Source: Desulfofustis sp.
Lineage (GTDB): Bacteria > Desulfobacterota > Desulfobulbia > Desulfobulbales > Desulfocapsaceae
Length of the DNA stretch: 64,000 bases
Direction of reading: 5' to 3'
Assembly (NCBI GenBank): GCA_022340565.1
Contig: JAJDNR010000080.1
Location: 2,846-66,845, forward strand
Shown: one piece after another, positions 29,199 to 38,558 of the stretch
Layout: each line of letters starts with the position of its first letter
How positions within the stretch are numbered: the stretch's first letter is position 1
The notes under the pieces: generated by a model
Told to the model about the DNA's origin: nothing
What the model saw: only the letters and a program-made list of their open reading frames with translations
The model's database searches: none
Program-made: the position numbers and the translations under genes

Positions 29199-30227
29199 AT
29201 GAGCTATAGCGCCGACAAGAAACGATACGATTCGATGGAGTATGCCCGGTGCGGGCGCAGCGGCCTCAAGCTGCCAAGGCTGTCGCTGGGGTTGTGGCAC
29301 AACTTCGGGCAGGATTTCAATGAACGGGTTTCCCGGAAAATCTGCCGCAGGGCGTTCGACCTCGGAATCACCCATTTCGATCTGGCCAACAACTACGGAC
29401 CTCCCCCCGGCGCGGCGGAGACCTTTTTCGGGAGGATTCTGGGCGATGATTTCCGGCCCTACCGCGACGAGATGGTGATTTCCTCCAAGGCGGGATACCT
29501 GATGTGGCCGGGGCCCTACGGCGACTGGGGCAGCCGCAAATACCTCGTCGCCAGCCTGGATCAGAGCCTCAAGCGGATGGGGCTGGAATATGTCGACATC
29601 TTCTATTCCCATCGTTTCGATCCGAATACGCCGCTGGAGGAAACCATGGGCGCGCTCGATCACATCGTCCGCCAGGGCAAGGCGCTGTATGTCGGACTGT
29701 CGTCATACAATGCGAAACGGACCAGGGAAGCGGTCGCGATTCTCAATGAACTCGGCACCCCCTGTCTGATCCACCAGCCCAGCTATTCGATGCTGAACCG
29801 CTGGATCGAGGAGGACCATCTGCTCGACACGCTCGAGGACCTGGGTATCGGCGCCATAACCTTTTCACCGCTCGCCCAGGGACTGCTGACCAACAAGTAC
29901 CTGTCGGGCATCCCCGCAGGGAGCCGTGCGACCCAGGGAAAAACCATACGCGACGGCCACCTGTCCGAAGAAAACCTTGAACGCATCAGAGGGCTCAACG
30001 GGATCGCCCAACGCCGGGGGCAGTCGCTGGCGCAGATGGCCATCGCCTGGGTGCTCAGGGACCGGCGGGTGACAACGGCCCTGATCGGGGCGAGCAGCAC
30101 CGCGCAGCTCGAAGACAGTTACGGGGCGCTCGGCAACCTGTCGTTCAGTGATGACGAGCTCAGGGAAATCGATGTGTATGCCCGGGAGGGAGGCATCAAC
30201 CTGTGGGCGCAGTCATCACAGAGCTGA
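29199..30227 (+). CDS. aldo/keto reductase, YghZ/Tas-like
   Basis: MEYARCGRSGLKLPRLSLGLWHNFG, HFDLANNYGPPPG and LYVGLSSYN blocks of the AKR14/YghZ type. Confidence 0.9.
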   Translation: MSYSADKKRYDSMEYARCGRSGLKLPRLSLGLWHNFGQDFNERVSRKICRRAFDLGITHFDLANNYGPPPGAAETFFGRILGDDFRPYRDEMVISSKAGYLMWPGPYGDWGSRKYLVASLDQSLKRMGLEYVDIFYSHRFDPNTPLEETMGALDHIVRQGKALYVGLSSYNAKRTREAVAILNELGTPCLIHQPSYSMLNRWIEEDHLLDTLEDLGIGAITFSPLAQGLLTNKYLSGIPAGSRATQGKTIRDGHLSEENLERIRGLNGIAQRRGQSLAQMAIAWVLRDRRVTTALIGASSTAQLEDSYGALGNLSFSDDELREIDVYAREGGINLWAQSSQS

Positions 30228-30287
30228 ATTTTGCGGTGCCTGGTCCATCCCGGCAGAACGTTAACAATCAACGAAAAGGATCTCGAA

Positions 30288-30677
30288 ATGAAATTCAATT
30301 TTCACCATGTCCATCTGTTATGCAGTGATCTCGAGGCAACCATCGGTTTTTTCCGGGATGTGCTGGGGGCCTCGGTTGTCAGGTATGCGAAGTTCGGCGG
30401 CGCCGACGGGGCAACCCTGAACCTGCACGGCACGACCATCAACCTGCGGGTCAAGACGGAGGCGGAGAAACCGGCCGGCGACTCGTCGCTGGTCACCTAC
30501 GGGTACCATCATATCTGCGTCCAGACCGAGGACGTCGACGCCGCTCACGCCGATTTCAGCGCCAGGGGCATCGAGTTCATCTCCGGACCCACGACCACCC
30601 CGGACAGCCGCATCGCCTTCCTGAGAGGACCGGACAACATCGTCGTCGAGTTGATGCAGCCGCTGCAGGCGCATTAG
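30288..30677 (+). CDS. VOC (glyoxalase/bleomycin-resistance/dioxygenase) family protein
   Basis: MKFNFHHVHLLCSDLEATIGFFRDVLGA...YHHICVQTEDVDAA...VVELMQ is the paired beta-alpha-beta-beta-beta pattern. ATG at 30288 with AAAAGGA upstream. Confidence 0.8.
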   Translation: MKFNFHHVHLLCSDLEATIGFFRDVLGASVVRYAKFGGADGATLNLHGTTINLRVKTEAEKPAGDSSLVTYGYHHICVQTEDVDAAHADFSARGIEFISGPTTTPDSRIAFLRGPDNIVVELMQPLQAH

Positions 30678-30883
30678 CAGCTGCCGCGGGGGCCTCCGCC
30701 GTAGATCGAGTTTCCGGTGGCAAAATAATTGGTTTCGTTCTCATCTATTGATTTGAATGATGGTCGATTATCAGTAATAATCATTCCCACCGATAACCGG
30801 GCCGCCGGCCGCCGCTCGATCGGGAGCCCGGCCTGTTCGGATAAGAGCACGGGAACATTTGAAATTTTTGCTACACGGTTACC

Positions 30884-33715
30884 ATGATCAAGCACCCTTA
30901 CCAGCAGTATGTTGAATCGATATCCAGCCTGATTCCAGAGCAGCGGATATTCACCGATACCCTCCGCCGCCTGGCCTACGGGACCGACGGCGGCTTCTAC
31001 CGGCTTGAGCCGCAGGTGGTCGTGCGGGTGCTCAATGAGGCGGAAATGCAGCTCTGCATCCGTACCGCGGCGTCCATGAAGCTGCCGGTAACCTTTAAGG
31101 CGGCGGGAACCTCCCTGTCCGGTCAGACCATATCGGACTCGATCCTGCTGCTGGCCAGTGAAGGGTGGGAGGAGTACGAGGTCCTCGAGGACGGCAAGAA
31201 GATTCGGCTGCAGCCGGGAATCATCGGCGGCAGGGTGAACCGGATCCTCGCCCCCTACGGCCGCAAGTTCGGCCCCGATCCGGCCTCGATCAACTCGGCG
31301 ATGGTCGGCGGCATCATCATCAACAATGCCTCCGGCATGAACTGCGGTACCCACGAGAATGCCTACAAGACCATCGAGGCGGCCCGCATCATCTTTGCCG
31401 ATGGAACCCTGCTCGATACCGCGGACGACAAGAGCCGTGACTCGTTTCGTCGCAGCAGGCCGGGATTCATCGAAAAAATCGAGGAGATCCGTGACCGGGT
31501 GAGGGCGGACGAACCGTTCGCGGCCCGCATCAGGAAAAAATACTCCATCAAGAACACCACCGGCTTCTCGATAAACGCCTTTATCGACTATGACGACCCG
31601 TTCCACATCATCATCAACCTGCTGATCGGTTCCGAGGGGGCGCTGGCCTTTGTCGCCGAAGTCACCATGCACTCGGTGGTGAAGTACGACTGCAAGGCGA
31701 GTTCGATGGTCTATTTCCCGGACATCGTCACCGCCTGCAAAGCGGTGGTGGCGCTCAAACAGGGGCCGGCGGACAGTGCCGAGCTGCTGGACCGCTTGTC
31801 CCTGAAGGCGGTTGAAGACAAGGAGGGTATTCCCGATTTCATCAAGGGATTAGACCGCACGACCACGGCCCTGCTGCTTGATACCATGGGGCCCGATGAG
31901 CAGACCGTGGAGGCCAATATCGCAACGATCAAGGAGATCCTCTCCGGTTTTGAAACGGTCAGGCCCGTCGAATTCACCTCCGACCCGACGGAGAACGAGC
32001 AGCTGTGGAATATCCGCAAACAGGTCTTTCCGGCGGTCGGCGGCATGAGGGAAATCGGCACTACCTGCCTGATCGAAGATGTCGCCTACCAGATGGAGAC
32101 CCTGCCTGATGCAACCAGGGAATTGCAGGAGATCATGGCCCGCTTCGGATATGACGACGCGGTGATATACGGGCACGCCTTCGAAGGCAATTTCCACTTC
32201 ATCTTCAACCAGGATTTCAGCGATCCCAGAGAGGTGGAGCGCTACGACGCAATGATGAAGGAGGTCATCGACATGACCGTCGACAAGTACGACGGATCGC
32301 TGAAGGCGGAACACGGCACCGGCCGCAACATGGCGCCGTTCGTCAAACGGGAATGGGGAAATAAGGGCTATGCGCTGATGTGCGAGGTGAAGAACCTGTT
32401 CGACCCGGACAATATCTTCAACCCCGGTGTGATCATCAATGACGACCCGGAGGTCTACCTGAAGAACTTCAAGGCGCTGCCTCCCTGCGACCCGCTGGTC
32501 GACAAATGCATCGAATGCGGATTCTGCGAGGTGAACTGCGTGTCGAACCAGTTCACCCTGAGCGCCCGTCAGCGTATCGTGATTCAGCGCGAGATCGCCA
32601 GGCTGCGGATCAGCGGTGACAACCCCGGACGGCTGGAGGAGCTGGAAAAGGGATTCGTCTTCATGGGTGAGCAGAGCTGCGCCGGCGACGGACTGTGCGA
32701 AACCTCCTGTCCGGTGTCGATCGACACCGGGAAATACATCAAGAAATTGCGTGCCCAGAACCTCAGCCCGTTTGCCAGGAAGGTCGGCAACCTGGTCGGG
32801 AACAACCTCGGCCTGGTGTGCCGCAGCGCATCGCTGGGCCTCACCATGGTGGGCGGGGTCCAGCGCCTCATCGGCTCCAAGAACCTGGGAACCATCAGCG
32901 ACAAGGCCCGCTCCATCAGCGGCAACCGGATACCCAAATGGACACCGGCGATGCCGGGCGGAGCGAAAGCGCCGGGGAAGACCCCGATCAACCCGTACGC
33001 CGAGCGCCGGGTCGTCTATTTCCCTTCCTGCATTGCCAGGGCCATGGGGACGGCCAAAGACGATCCGGCGGACGGATCGATCCCGGAAGTGACCATCCGG
33101 GTACTCAAGAAGGCCGGCTACGGTATTATCTTCCCCCAGAACATGAACAATCTGTGCTGCGGGACGCCCTGGGAATCCAAGGGTTTTACCGAAACTGCCG
33201 ACAGCAAGTCCTTCGAACTCGAGCAGGCCCTGCTTGCCGCCACTGAGCAGGGCACCTATCCGGTGCTCTGCGACACGTCGCCGTGTCTGTACCGGATGCG
33301 CAAGATGATGAGCGCAAAGCTTGACCTTTACGAGCCGGTGGAATTCGTTCACACCTTTCTGCTCGACAAACTGGTGTTCACCCCGAAGGCCGAACCGGTT
33401 GCGATCCATCCGACCTGTTCGACCAAGAAGATGGGGCTCACCAAAAAACTGGAGGAGGTCGCGGCACGCTGCGCCGACAAGGTGGTCCTGCCTCCGGATG
33501 TGAACTGCTGCGGCTTTGCCGGGGACAAGGGGTTTCACCTGCCCGAGCTGAACGCCCACGGCCTGCGCACAGCCGGACCGCTGATCGAGCGGGAGGGCGC
33601 GAAGGTCGGCTATTCGAACAGCCGCACCTGCGAAATCGGCTGCGCGACCCACATCGGCATTCCCTACCTGTCGATCATGTATCTGGTCGACGAGGTTACC
33701 AGACCCGCGCCATAG
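30884..33715 (+). CDS. FAD-binding plus Fe-S/CCG-domain oxidoreductase (large D-lactate dehydrogenase type)
   Basis: 943 aa: an FAD-binding PCMH domain, a 2x[4Fe-4S]-like CIECGFCEVNC...CAGDGLCETSCP, and C-terminal CCG cysteine-rich repeats (NNLCCGTPW, VNCCGFAGDKG). Confidence 0.85.
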   Translation: MIKHPYQQYVESISSLIPEQRIFTDTLRRLAYGTDGGFYRLEPQVVVRVLNEAEMQLCIRTAASMKLPVTFKAAGTSLSGQTISDSILLLASEGWEEYEVLEDGKKIRLQPGIIGGRVNRILAPYGRKFGPDPASINSAMVGGIIINNASGMNCGTHENAYKTIEAARIIFADGTLLDTADDKSRDSFRRSRPGFIEKIEEIRDRVRADEPFAARIRKKYSIKNTTGFSINAFIDYDDPFHIIINLLIGSEGALAFVAEVTMHSVVKYDCKASSMVYFPDIVTACKAVVALKQGPADSAELLDRLSLKAVEDKEGIPDFIKGLDRTTTALLLDTMGPDEQTVEANIATIKEILSGFETVRPVEFTSDPTENEQLWNIRKQVFPAVGGMREIGTTCLIEDVAYQMETLPDATRELQEIMARFGYDDAVIYGHAFEGNFHFIFNQDFSDPREVERYDAMMKEVIDMTVDKYDGSLKAEHGTGRNMAPFVKREWGNKGYALMCEVKNLFDPDNIFNPGVIINDDPEVYLKNFKALPPCDPLVDKCIECGFCEVNCVSNQFTLSARQRIVIQREIARLRISGDNPGRLEELEKGFVFMGEQSCAGDGLCETSCPVSIDTGKYIKKLRAQNLSPFARKVGNLVGNNLGLVCRSASLGLTMVGGVQRLIGSKNLGTISDKARSISGNRIPKWTPAMPGGAKAPGKTPINPYAERRVVYFPSCIARAMGTAKDDPADGSIPEVTIRVLKKAGYGIIFPQNMNNLCCGTPWESKGFTETADSKSFELEQALLAATEQGTYPVLCDTSPCLYRMRKMMSAKLDLYEPVEFVHTFLLDKLVFTPKAEPVAIHPTCSTKKMGLTKKLEEVAARCADKVVLPPDVNCCGFAGDKGFHLPELNAHGLRTAGPLIEREGAKVGYSNSRTCEIGCATHIGIPYLSIMYLVDEVTRPAP

Positions 33716-33719
33716 AACA

Positions 33720-33749
33720 CCGGAACGCAGCAGGGATGCTGCGTTCCGG
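33720..33749. terminator. GC-rich hairpin between convergent genes (bidirectional terminator candidate)
   Basis: CCGGAACGCAGCA-GGGA-TGCTGCGTTCCGG: perfect 13-bp stem, 5 nt after the dld-like stop. There is no clear U-tract. Confidence 0.45.
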
Positions 33750-33886
33750 AATCGTCCCTGCCTGCTCCGGGTTTTCATGGCCGGCTGGCCGTCTCAACTC
33801 GTGTAACATTGAGGGCGGGATCTCCCCTGCTTTGACATCGACACGAAACGCTGACGATAAGCACAGGCCATCACTGTCGACCGCAA

Positions 33887-36652
33887 TCAGTGAATGGTTT
33901 TTTCCGCCTGCGGCGGGACATGCGCCGCCTTGGTCACCAGCACCGAGCTGACCTTGTACTCAGGGATTCTGGCGACGGGGTCCACCGCCGAGTTGGTCAG
34001 CACATTGGCCGGCGACTCCTTCCAGTGAAAGGCCATGAACACGGTGCCCCGCGGGACATTGTTGTCGATGCGCACCTTGACGGTGATTTTTCCCCGGGGC
34101 GATGAAACCAGAATGAACTCATCGGCCTGCACGCCGATGATGCGTGCATCCTCTCCGCACATGTCGAGGTGTCCCTGCGGCTTCAGGCTTTCGAGAACCC
34201 GGGAGCGGCGACTCATGCTGCCGGTGTGGAAGTGCTCGAGCACCCGTCCGGTGGTCAGCATCAAGGGGAAATCGGTCGACGGGATTTCAGCCGGCGGCTT
34301 ATAGCTGACCGCGTAGAACTTTCCTCTGCCCCTGGTGAATCGATGTTCGTGCAGGCGCGGGGTACCCGGGTGCCTGCTGTCCCAGCACGGCCACTGCAGA
34401 CCGTCGGGCCGCTGTAGCCGTCGATGCGAGATGCCGCCGTAGATGGGAGTGAGCCGGGCGATTTCATCCATGATGGCGCTGCTGTCCGGATATGACATCG
34501 GGTAGCCGAGGCGGCATGACAGATCGGAAATGATATGCCAGTCGGGCCGGGCGCTGCCCGGCGGGTTCAGGGCCCGGCGCACCATCTGGATGCGGCGCTC
34601 GGTGTTGGTGAAGGTGCCGGTTGTTTCCGCAAAGCACGTCGCCGGCAGTATCACGTCGGCGAGCAGGGCCGTTTCGGTCGGGAAGATATCCTGGACGGCA
34701 AGGAAACGCAGCTTGGTGATTGCCGTGCGGGTATGCTCGAGGTGCGGCTCGCTCATCAGCGGGTTTTCGCCGATGATGTACATGCCGTGCAGGGTTCCCC
34801 GGTCGGCGGCCGTGATCATGTCGGTCAGGGCCAGGCCGTTGCGATCATTCAAACCGATGCCCCAGGCGGTGGTGAAGCGGGCCCTGACCTCAGGGTCGTC
34901 GATTCTCTGATAGCCCGGATAGACCGTGGGCAGCGCTCCCATGTCGCAGGCTCCCTGGACGTTGTTCTGGCCGCGCAGCGGCGAAAAACCGGTGCCTTTG
35001 CGACCCATATTGCCGGTGAGCATCAGCAGGTTGGCTACCGACTTCACGTTGTCGACCCCGGTGGTGTGCTGGGTGATCCCCATTCCGTAGATAATTACCG
35101 CGCTGGCGGCACGGGCGAATAATTCCGCCGCTTCACGGATATCGTCGGCCCGCACACCGGTGATCAGTGCCGCCCGGTCGGGATCGTATTCCTTCAGGTT
35201 TTCAAGAAAGGGTGTGAACCCTTCACAGCGCTCGTCAATAAACCGGTGATCGTGCAGACCGCATTCGACAATCCAGTTCATCATCGCGTTGAGCAGCGCC
35301 ACATCGGTACCGGGCCGATGACTCAGATGCTTTTCAGCGATGCCGGCCAGTTCGGTTCTGCGCGGGTCGGCGACGATCAGGCGGGCGCCGTTCCGGCGGA
35401 TATTCTGCTTCAGGCGCCGGGCGATGATGGGATGGCATTCGGTGGTGTTCGAGCCGATGATGAAGATCGCCTCCGCCTCGGCGATGTCCGATACGGAGTT
35501 GCTCATCGCGCCGTCGCCGAACGATTCGATTGCGGCGGCAACCGTCGACGCGTGGCACAGCCGTGCGCAGTGATCGACGTTGTTGGTGTGCAGTGCGGCG
35601 CGGGCGAATTTCTGGATAAGGTAGTTGTCTTCGTTGGTGCATTTTGCCGAACTGAGCACCGCCAGCGCGTCTGCTCCCTCAGCGTCGAGTATCTCTTCGA
35701 GTCCCGCCGCCGCAACCGAAAGGGCTTCATCCCAGTCGGCAGGGCTGAAGATATCCTCGACTGAAACGTTCTGGGCCAGTCCAGCGGACCTCGGCACTCC
35801 CTCCTTGCGAATCAGCGGGGTGGTCAGTCGATCGGGGTGGTTGACGAAATCGTAGCCGAACCTGCCCTTGACGCACAATCCACCCATGCTGACCGGGTTG
35901 TCCCTGTCTCCGCGCACCCTGACGATCCTGTTTCCGCGAACTCCCGCATAGATGGAACAGCCGACCCCGCAGAACGGGCACAGGGTCTTTACCTCGCGCT
36001 GGGGGATTACCGCTCGCTTCGGGGTCAAGGCGCCGGTGGGGCAGTGCTCGACGCACTCGCCGCAGGACTGGCAGATGGTGTCGGACCACTGCTTGCCGGC
36101 AAAGGTGCTGACCCGGGTTTCATAGCCGCGTCCGCAGAGATCGATCGCACCGAGCCCGACCATTTCTTTACACACGCGCACGCATATACCGCACAGCACG
36201 CATTTGTTGCGGTCAAAATCAAACGCCGGGTTGGAGGTGTCAAGATCGGCCACATGCGTGCGTTTGTGCAGATGTTCCAGGGATTTTTTTTCCACCCCCA
36301 GGTAGCTGGCCACGCGCCGCAACTCGCATTCATCACTTTTGACGCAGGTGAGACAATCGGAGGGATGGTCGGCCAGCGCGAGTTCGACGATCCCCCGCCG
36401 AACCCTGGTGATTTCCTCGTCTTCGGTGACCACCGACATGTTCTGTTGCACCGGTGTCGTGCAGGATGTGGGCAGCCCCCGCATTCCGTCTATCCTGACA
36501 ATGCAGAGACGGCAGGCGCCGTAGGGTTCGAGATGGGGATCGTGGCACAGGGTGGGTATATAGATACCGACCATCCGGGCGGCCTCCAGCACGGTCGTGC
36601 CTGGTGCGACCGATACGCTCTGCCCGTCAATGACAAGTTCGATTTTTTTCAC
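33887..36652 (-). CDS. fdhA: formate dehydrogenase alpha subunit (molybdopterin, NAD-linked FdsA/FdhA type), Cys variant
   Basis: N-terminal 2Fe-2S and 4Fe-4S Cys clusters (CHDPHLEPYGACRLC, CVLCGICVRVC, CQSCGECVEHCP), then a Mo-bisPGD domain with the active-site block NVDHCARLCHASTV. Confidence 0.9.
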   Translation of the reverse strand: MKKIELVIDGQSVSVAPGTTVLEAARMVGIYIPTLCHDPHLEPYGACRLCIVRIDGMRGLPTSCTTPVQQNMSVVTEDEEITRVRRGIVELALADHPSDCLTCVKSDECELRRVASYLGVEKKSLEHLHKRTHVADLDTSNPAFDFDRNKCVLCGICVRVCKEMVGLGAIDLCGRGYETRVSTFAGKQWSDTICQSCGECVEHCPTGALTPKRAVIPQREVKTLCPFCGVGCSIYAGVRGNRIVRVRGDRDNPVSMGGLCVKGRFGYDFVNHPDRLTTPLIRKEGVPRSAGLAQNVSVEDIFSPADWDEALSVAAAGLEEILDAEGADALAVLSSAKCTNEDNYLIQKFARAALHTNNVDHCARLCHASTVAAAIESFGDGAMSNSVSDIAEAEAIFIIGSNTTECHPIIARRLKQNIRRNGARLIVADPRRTELAGIAEKHLSHRPGTDVALLNAMMNWIVECGLHDHRFIDERCEGFTPFLENLKEYDPDRAALITGVRADDIREAAELFARAASAVIIYGMGITQHTTGVDNVKSVANLLMLTGNMGRKGTGFSPLRGQNNVQGACDMGALPTVYPGYQRIDDPEVRARFTTAWGIGLNDRNGLALTDMITAADRGTLHGMYIIGENPLMSEPHLEHTRTAITKLRFLAVQDIFPTETALLADVILPATCFAETTGTFTNTERRIQMVRRALNPPGSARPDWHIISDLSCRLGYPMSYPDSSAIMDEIARLTPIYGGISHRRLQRPDGLQWPCWDSRHPGTPRLHEHRFTRGRGKFYAVSYKPPAEIPSTDFPLMLTTGRVLEHFHTGSMSRRSRVLESLKPQGHLDMCGEDARIIGVQADEFILVSSPRGKITVKVRIDNNVPRGTVFMAFHWKESPANVLTNSAVDPVARIPEYKVSSVLVTKAAHVPPQAEKTIH

Positions 36653-36692
36653 AGCGCCCCTCCTCTGCTGACTTCAGCGCATTCGCTACCGG

Positions 36693-38543
36693 TCAGTGTA
36701 TGACCACGGCCTGCTGCTTGCAGGACTGGAAGCAGATGCCGCACTTCGTGCACTTAGACTGGTCTATGACATGCGGTGCCTTTTGGGCTCCGCTGATGGC
36801 TCCGGAACTGCATTTACGGATGCAGAGGCCGCAGCCTTCGCATAACTCGGTGTCGATCTCGTAGTGAAACAGCGGTTTGCAGACACCGGCATCACATCGG
36901 CCGTCGGTGATGTGACGGTCAAATTCGTGGCCGAAATAGTTCAGCGCGGTTCGAACCGGATTCGGAGCCGTCTGGCCGAGTCCGCACAGGGCCCCTTTCT
37001 GCACCGTTTCGCTGAGATTCTCCAAGAGTTCGACATGCTCCCGCTTGCCTCTGCCCTCGCAGATTTCACCAAGGATGCGCAGCATCTGATGTGTGCCGAG
37101 GCGGCAGGGGATGCATTTGCCGCATGACTCCGACTGCGTGAACGACAGGAAATAACGGGTCACATCAACCATGCAGGTATGCTGGTCCATGATCACCATA
37201 CCACCCGATCCCATGATCGAGCCTGCCGCCGCCAGTGATTCATAATCCACGGGCAGGTCAAATTTTCTTGCGGGAATGCAGCCTCCCGACGGACCGCCGG
37301 TCTGGACTCCTTTTATCTGTGTGTCTGACGGCGAGCCTCCGCCAATGGTGTAGATGATCTCCTTCAGCGGCGTTCCCATGGGAACCTCGATGAGCCCGGT
37401 GCGCTTTATTTTGCCGGCCAGGGAAAAGGTTTTGGTGCCCCTGCTTTTGTCCGTGCCGGTCTTGGCATACCAGTCCGAGCCGTTGGCGAGGATGGCCGAT
37501 ACATTGGCGAATGTCTCCACATTGTTGATGCAGGTTGGTTTGCCCCAGAGACCGGACTGGGCAGGGAACGGGGGCCGGGGGCGGGGCGCCCCGCGCTGCC
37601 CCTGCAGCGACGCCATCAGCGCGGTTTCCTCCCCGCAGACGAACGCACCGGCACCTTCTTTGATGCTGATGTTGAAGGCGAATCCGCTGCCCAGAACCTT
37701 GCTTCCGAGCAGACGGTACCGGTGCATCTGCTCAATTGCCTTTTCCAGACGCTCGATTGCCAGCGGGTATTCGGCCCTGACATACACGAAGCCCTCGGAT
37801 GCGCCGATTGCATACGCAGCGATGAGCATGCCCTCGAGGACCGAGTGCGGGTCCCCTTCCAGCAGGGCCCGGTCCATAAATGCCCCGGGATCGCCTTCGT
37901 CCGCGTTGCACACGAGGTATTTGATATCAGCCGCCTCTTGGCGGGCGAATTTCCACTTCAGCCCGGTTGGGTATCCTGCCCCGCCTCTTCCCCTCAGTCC
38001 GGAACGTATCACTTCGTCGACCACGTCCTGGCCGTTCATGGACAGGGCTCTGGACAGCCCTTCATAGCCGCCCCTGGCCATGTAATGGTGAATGTTGGAT
38101 GGATCGATCAGACCGCAGTTGCGCAGTGCGATGCGGTATTGGCCTTTTATCATGGGGTGATCGTCGAACCGGGGGATACCATCGACCGGAGCGTCTCCAA
38201 AAGAACATACACCCCACCTGAGACAGGGATCGTCGTCGAGCAGGTAGCGCTTGATGATGGCGGCCGCTTTTTCAGGAGTCAGCCTGCCGTAGAGTATCGG
38301 CGGACAATCAGGTTTACGAATGGTCATCAGCGGCTCGAGATAGCACATGCCAATGCAGCCTACCTCTATTGTCCTGCCCAGAACCCGGATCTCTTTCAGG
38401 GTTTTTTTTACGCTGTCCATCACGCCGTCGGCCCCTGATGCTTTGCCGCAGGTTCCCGTGCCGATGCTGATCAGGGGTTGGGGAAGTTCTTGCAGCCATT
38501 GCCACTCCCGCTCGGCCTGCCGTTTCATCGCTGTATAATCCAT
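36693..38543 (-). CDS. NuoF-like NAD(H)-binding FMN/Fe-S subunit with C-terminal 2x[4Fe-4S] ferredoxin domain
   Basis: GLRGRGGAGYPTGLKWKF, CNADEGDPGAFMDR, ESCGKCIPCR and C-terminal CEGCGLCIRKC...CTKCGICFQSC. Confidence 0.9.
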   Translation of the reverse strand: MDYTAMKRQAEREWQWLQELPQPLISIGTGTCGKASGADGVMDSVKKTLKEIRVLGRTIEVGCIGMCYLEPLMTIRKPDCPPILYGRLTPEKAAAIIKRYLLDDDPCLRWGVCSFGDAPVDGIPRFDDHPMIKGQYRIALRNCGLIDPSNIHHYMARGGYEGLSRALSMNGQDVVDEVIRSGLRGRGGAGYPTGLKWKFARQEAADIKYLVCNADEGDPGAFMDRALLEGDPHSVLEGMLIAAYAIGASEGFVYVRAEYPLAIERLEKAIEQMHRYRLLGSKVLGSGFAFNISIKEGAGAFVCGEETALMASLQGQRGAPRPRPPFPAQSGLWGKPTCINNVETFANVSAILANGSDWYAKTGTDKSRGTKTFSLAGKIKRTGLIEVPMGTPLKEIIYTIGGGSPSDTQIKGVQTGGPSGGCIPARKFDLPVDYESLAAAGSIMGSGGMVIMDQHTCMVDVTRYFLSFTQSESCGKCIPCRLGTHQMLRILGEICEGRGKREHVELLENLSETVQKGALCGLGQTAPNPVRTALNYFGHEFDRHITDGRCDAGVCKPLFHYEIDTELCEGCGLCIRKCSSGAISGAQKAPHVIDQSKCTKCGICFQSCKQQAVVIH

Positions 38544-38558
38544 CTGCCAATCTCCCGA

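Noticed and set aside
29004-29663. The 5' two-thirds of the 393-aa track ORF 28482..29663 (minus strand)
   Set aside because: Only the last 173 codons (from MIYTLDDKEV at 29003) look like a protein, a hexapeptide-repeat gamma-CA-like one. The upstream part is Arg/Gly/Pro-rich antisense of the aldo-keto reductase gene and of the intergenic DNA.
30718-30733. Sigma-54-like element TGGCAAAATAATTGGT upstream of the D-lactate dehydrogenase-type gene
   Set aside because: The -12 half is TTGG rather than TTGC (the conserved C is lost), and no nearby enhancer-binding protein gene is present. It is not distinguishable from chance.
30674-33778. Minus-strand ORFs 30674..31672 (332 aa) and 31850..33778 (642 aa)
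   Set aside because: They are shadow ORFs opposite the 943-aa FAD/Fe-S dehydrogenase. They have no motifs and a low-complexity Arg/Gly/Val/Asp composition.
33887-36652. Looked for a selenocysteine UGA in FdhA after finding the SelW-like gene
   Set aside because: The frame is continuous and the Mo-ligand position is Cys (HCARLCHAS), so no recoding is needed here.
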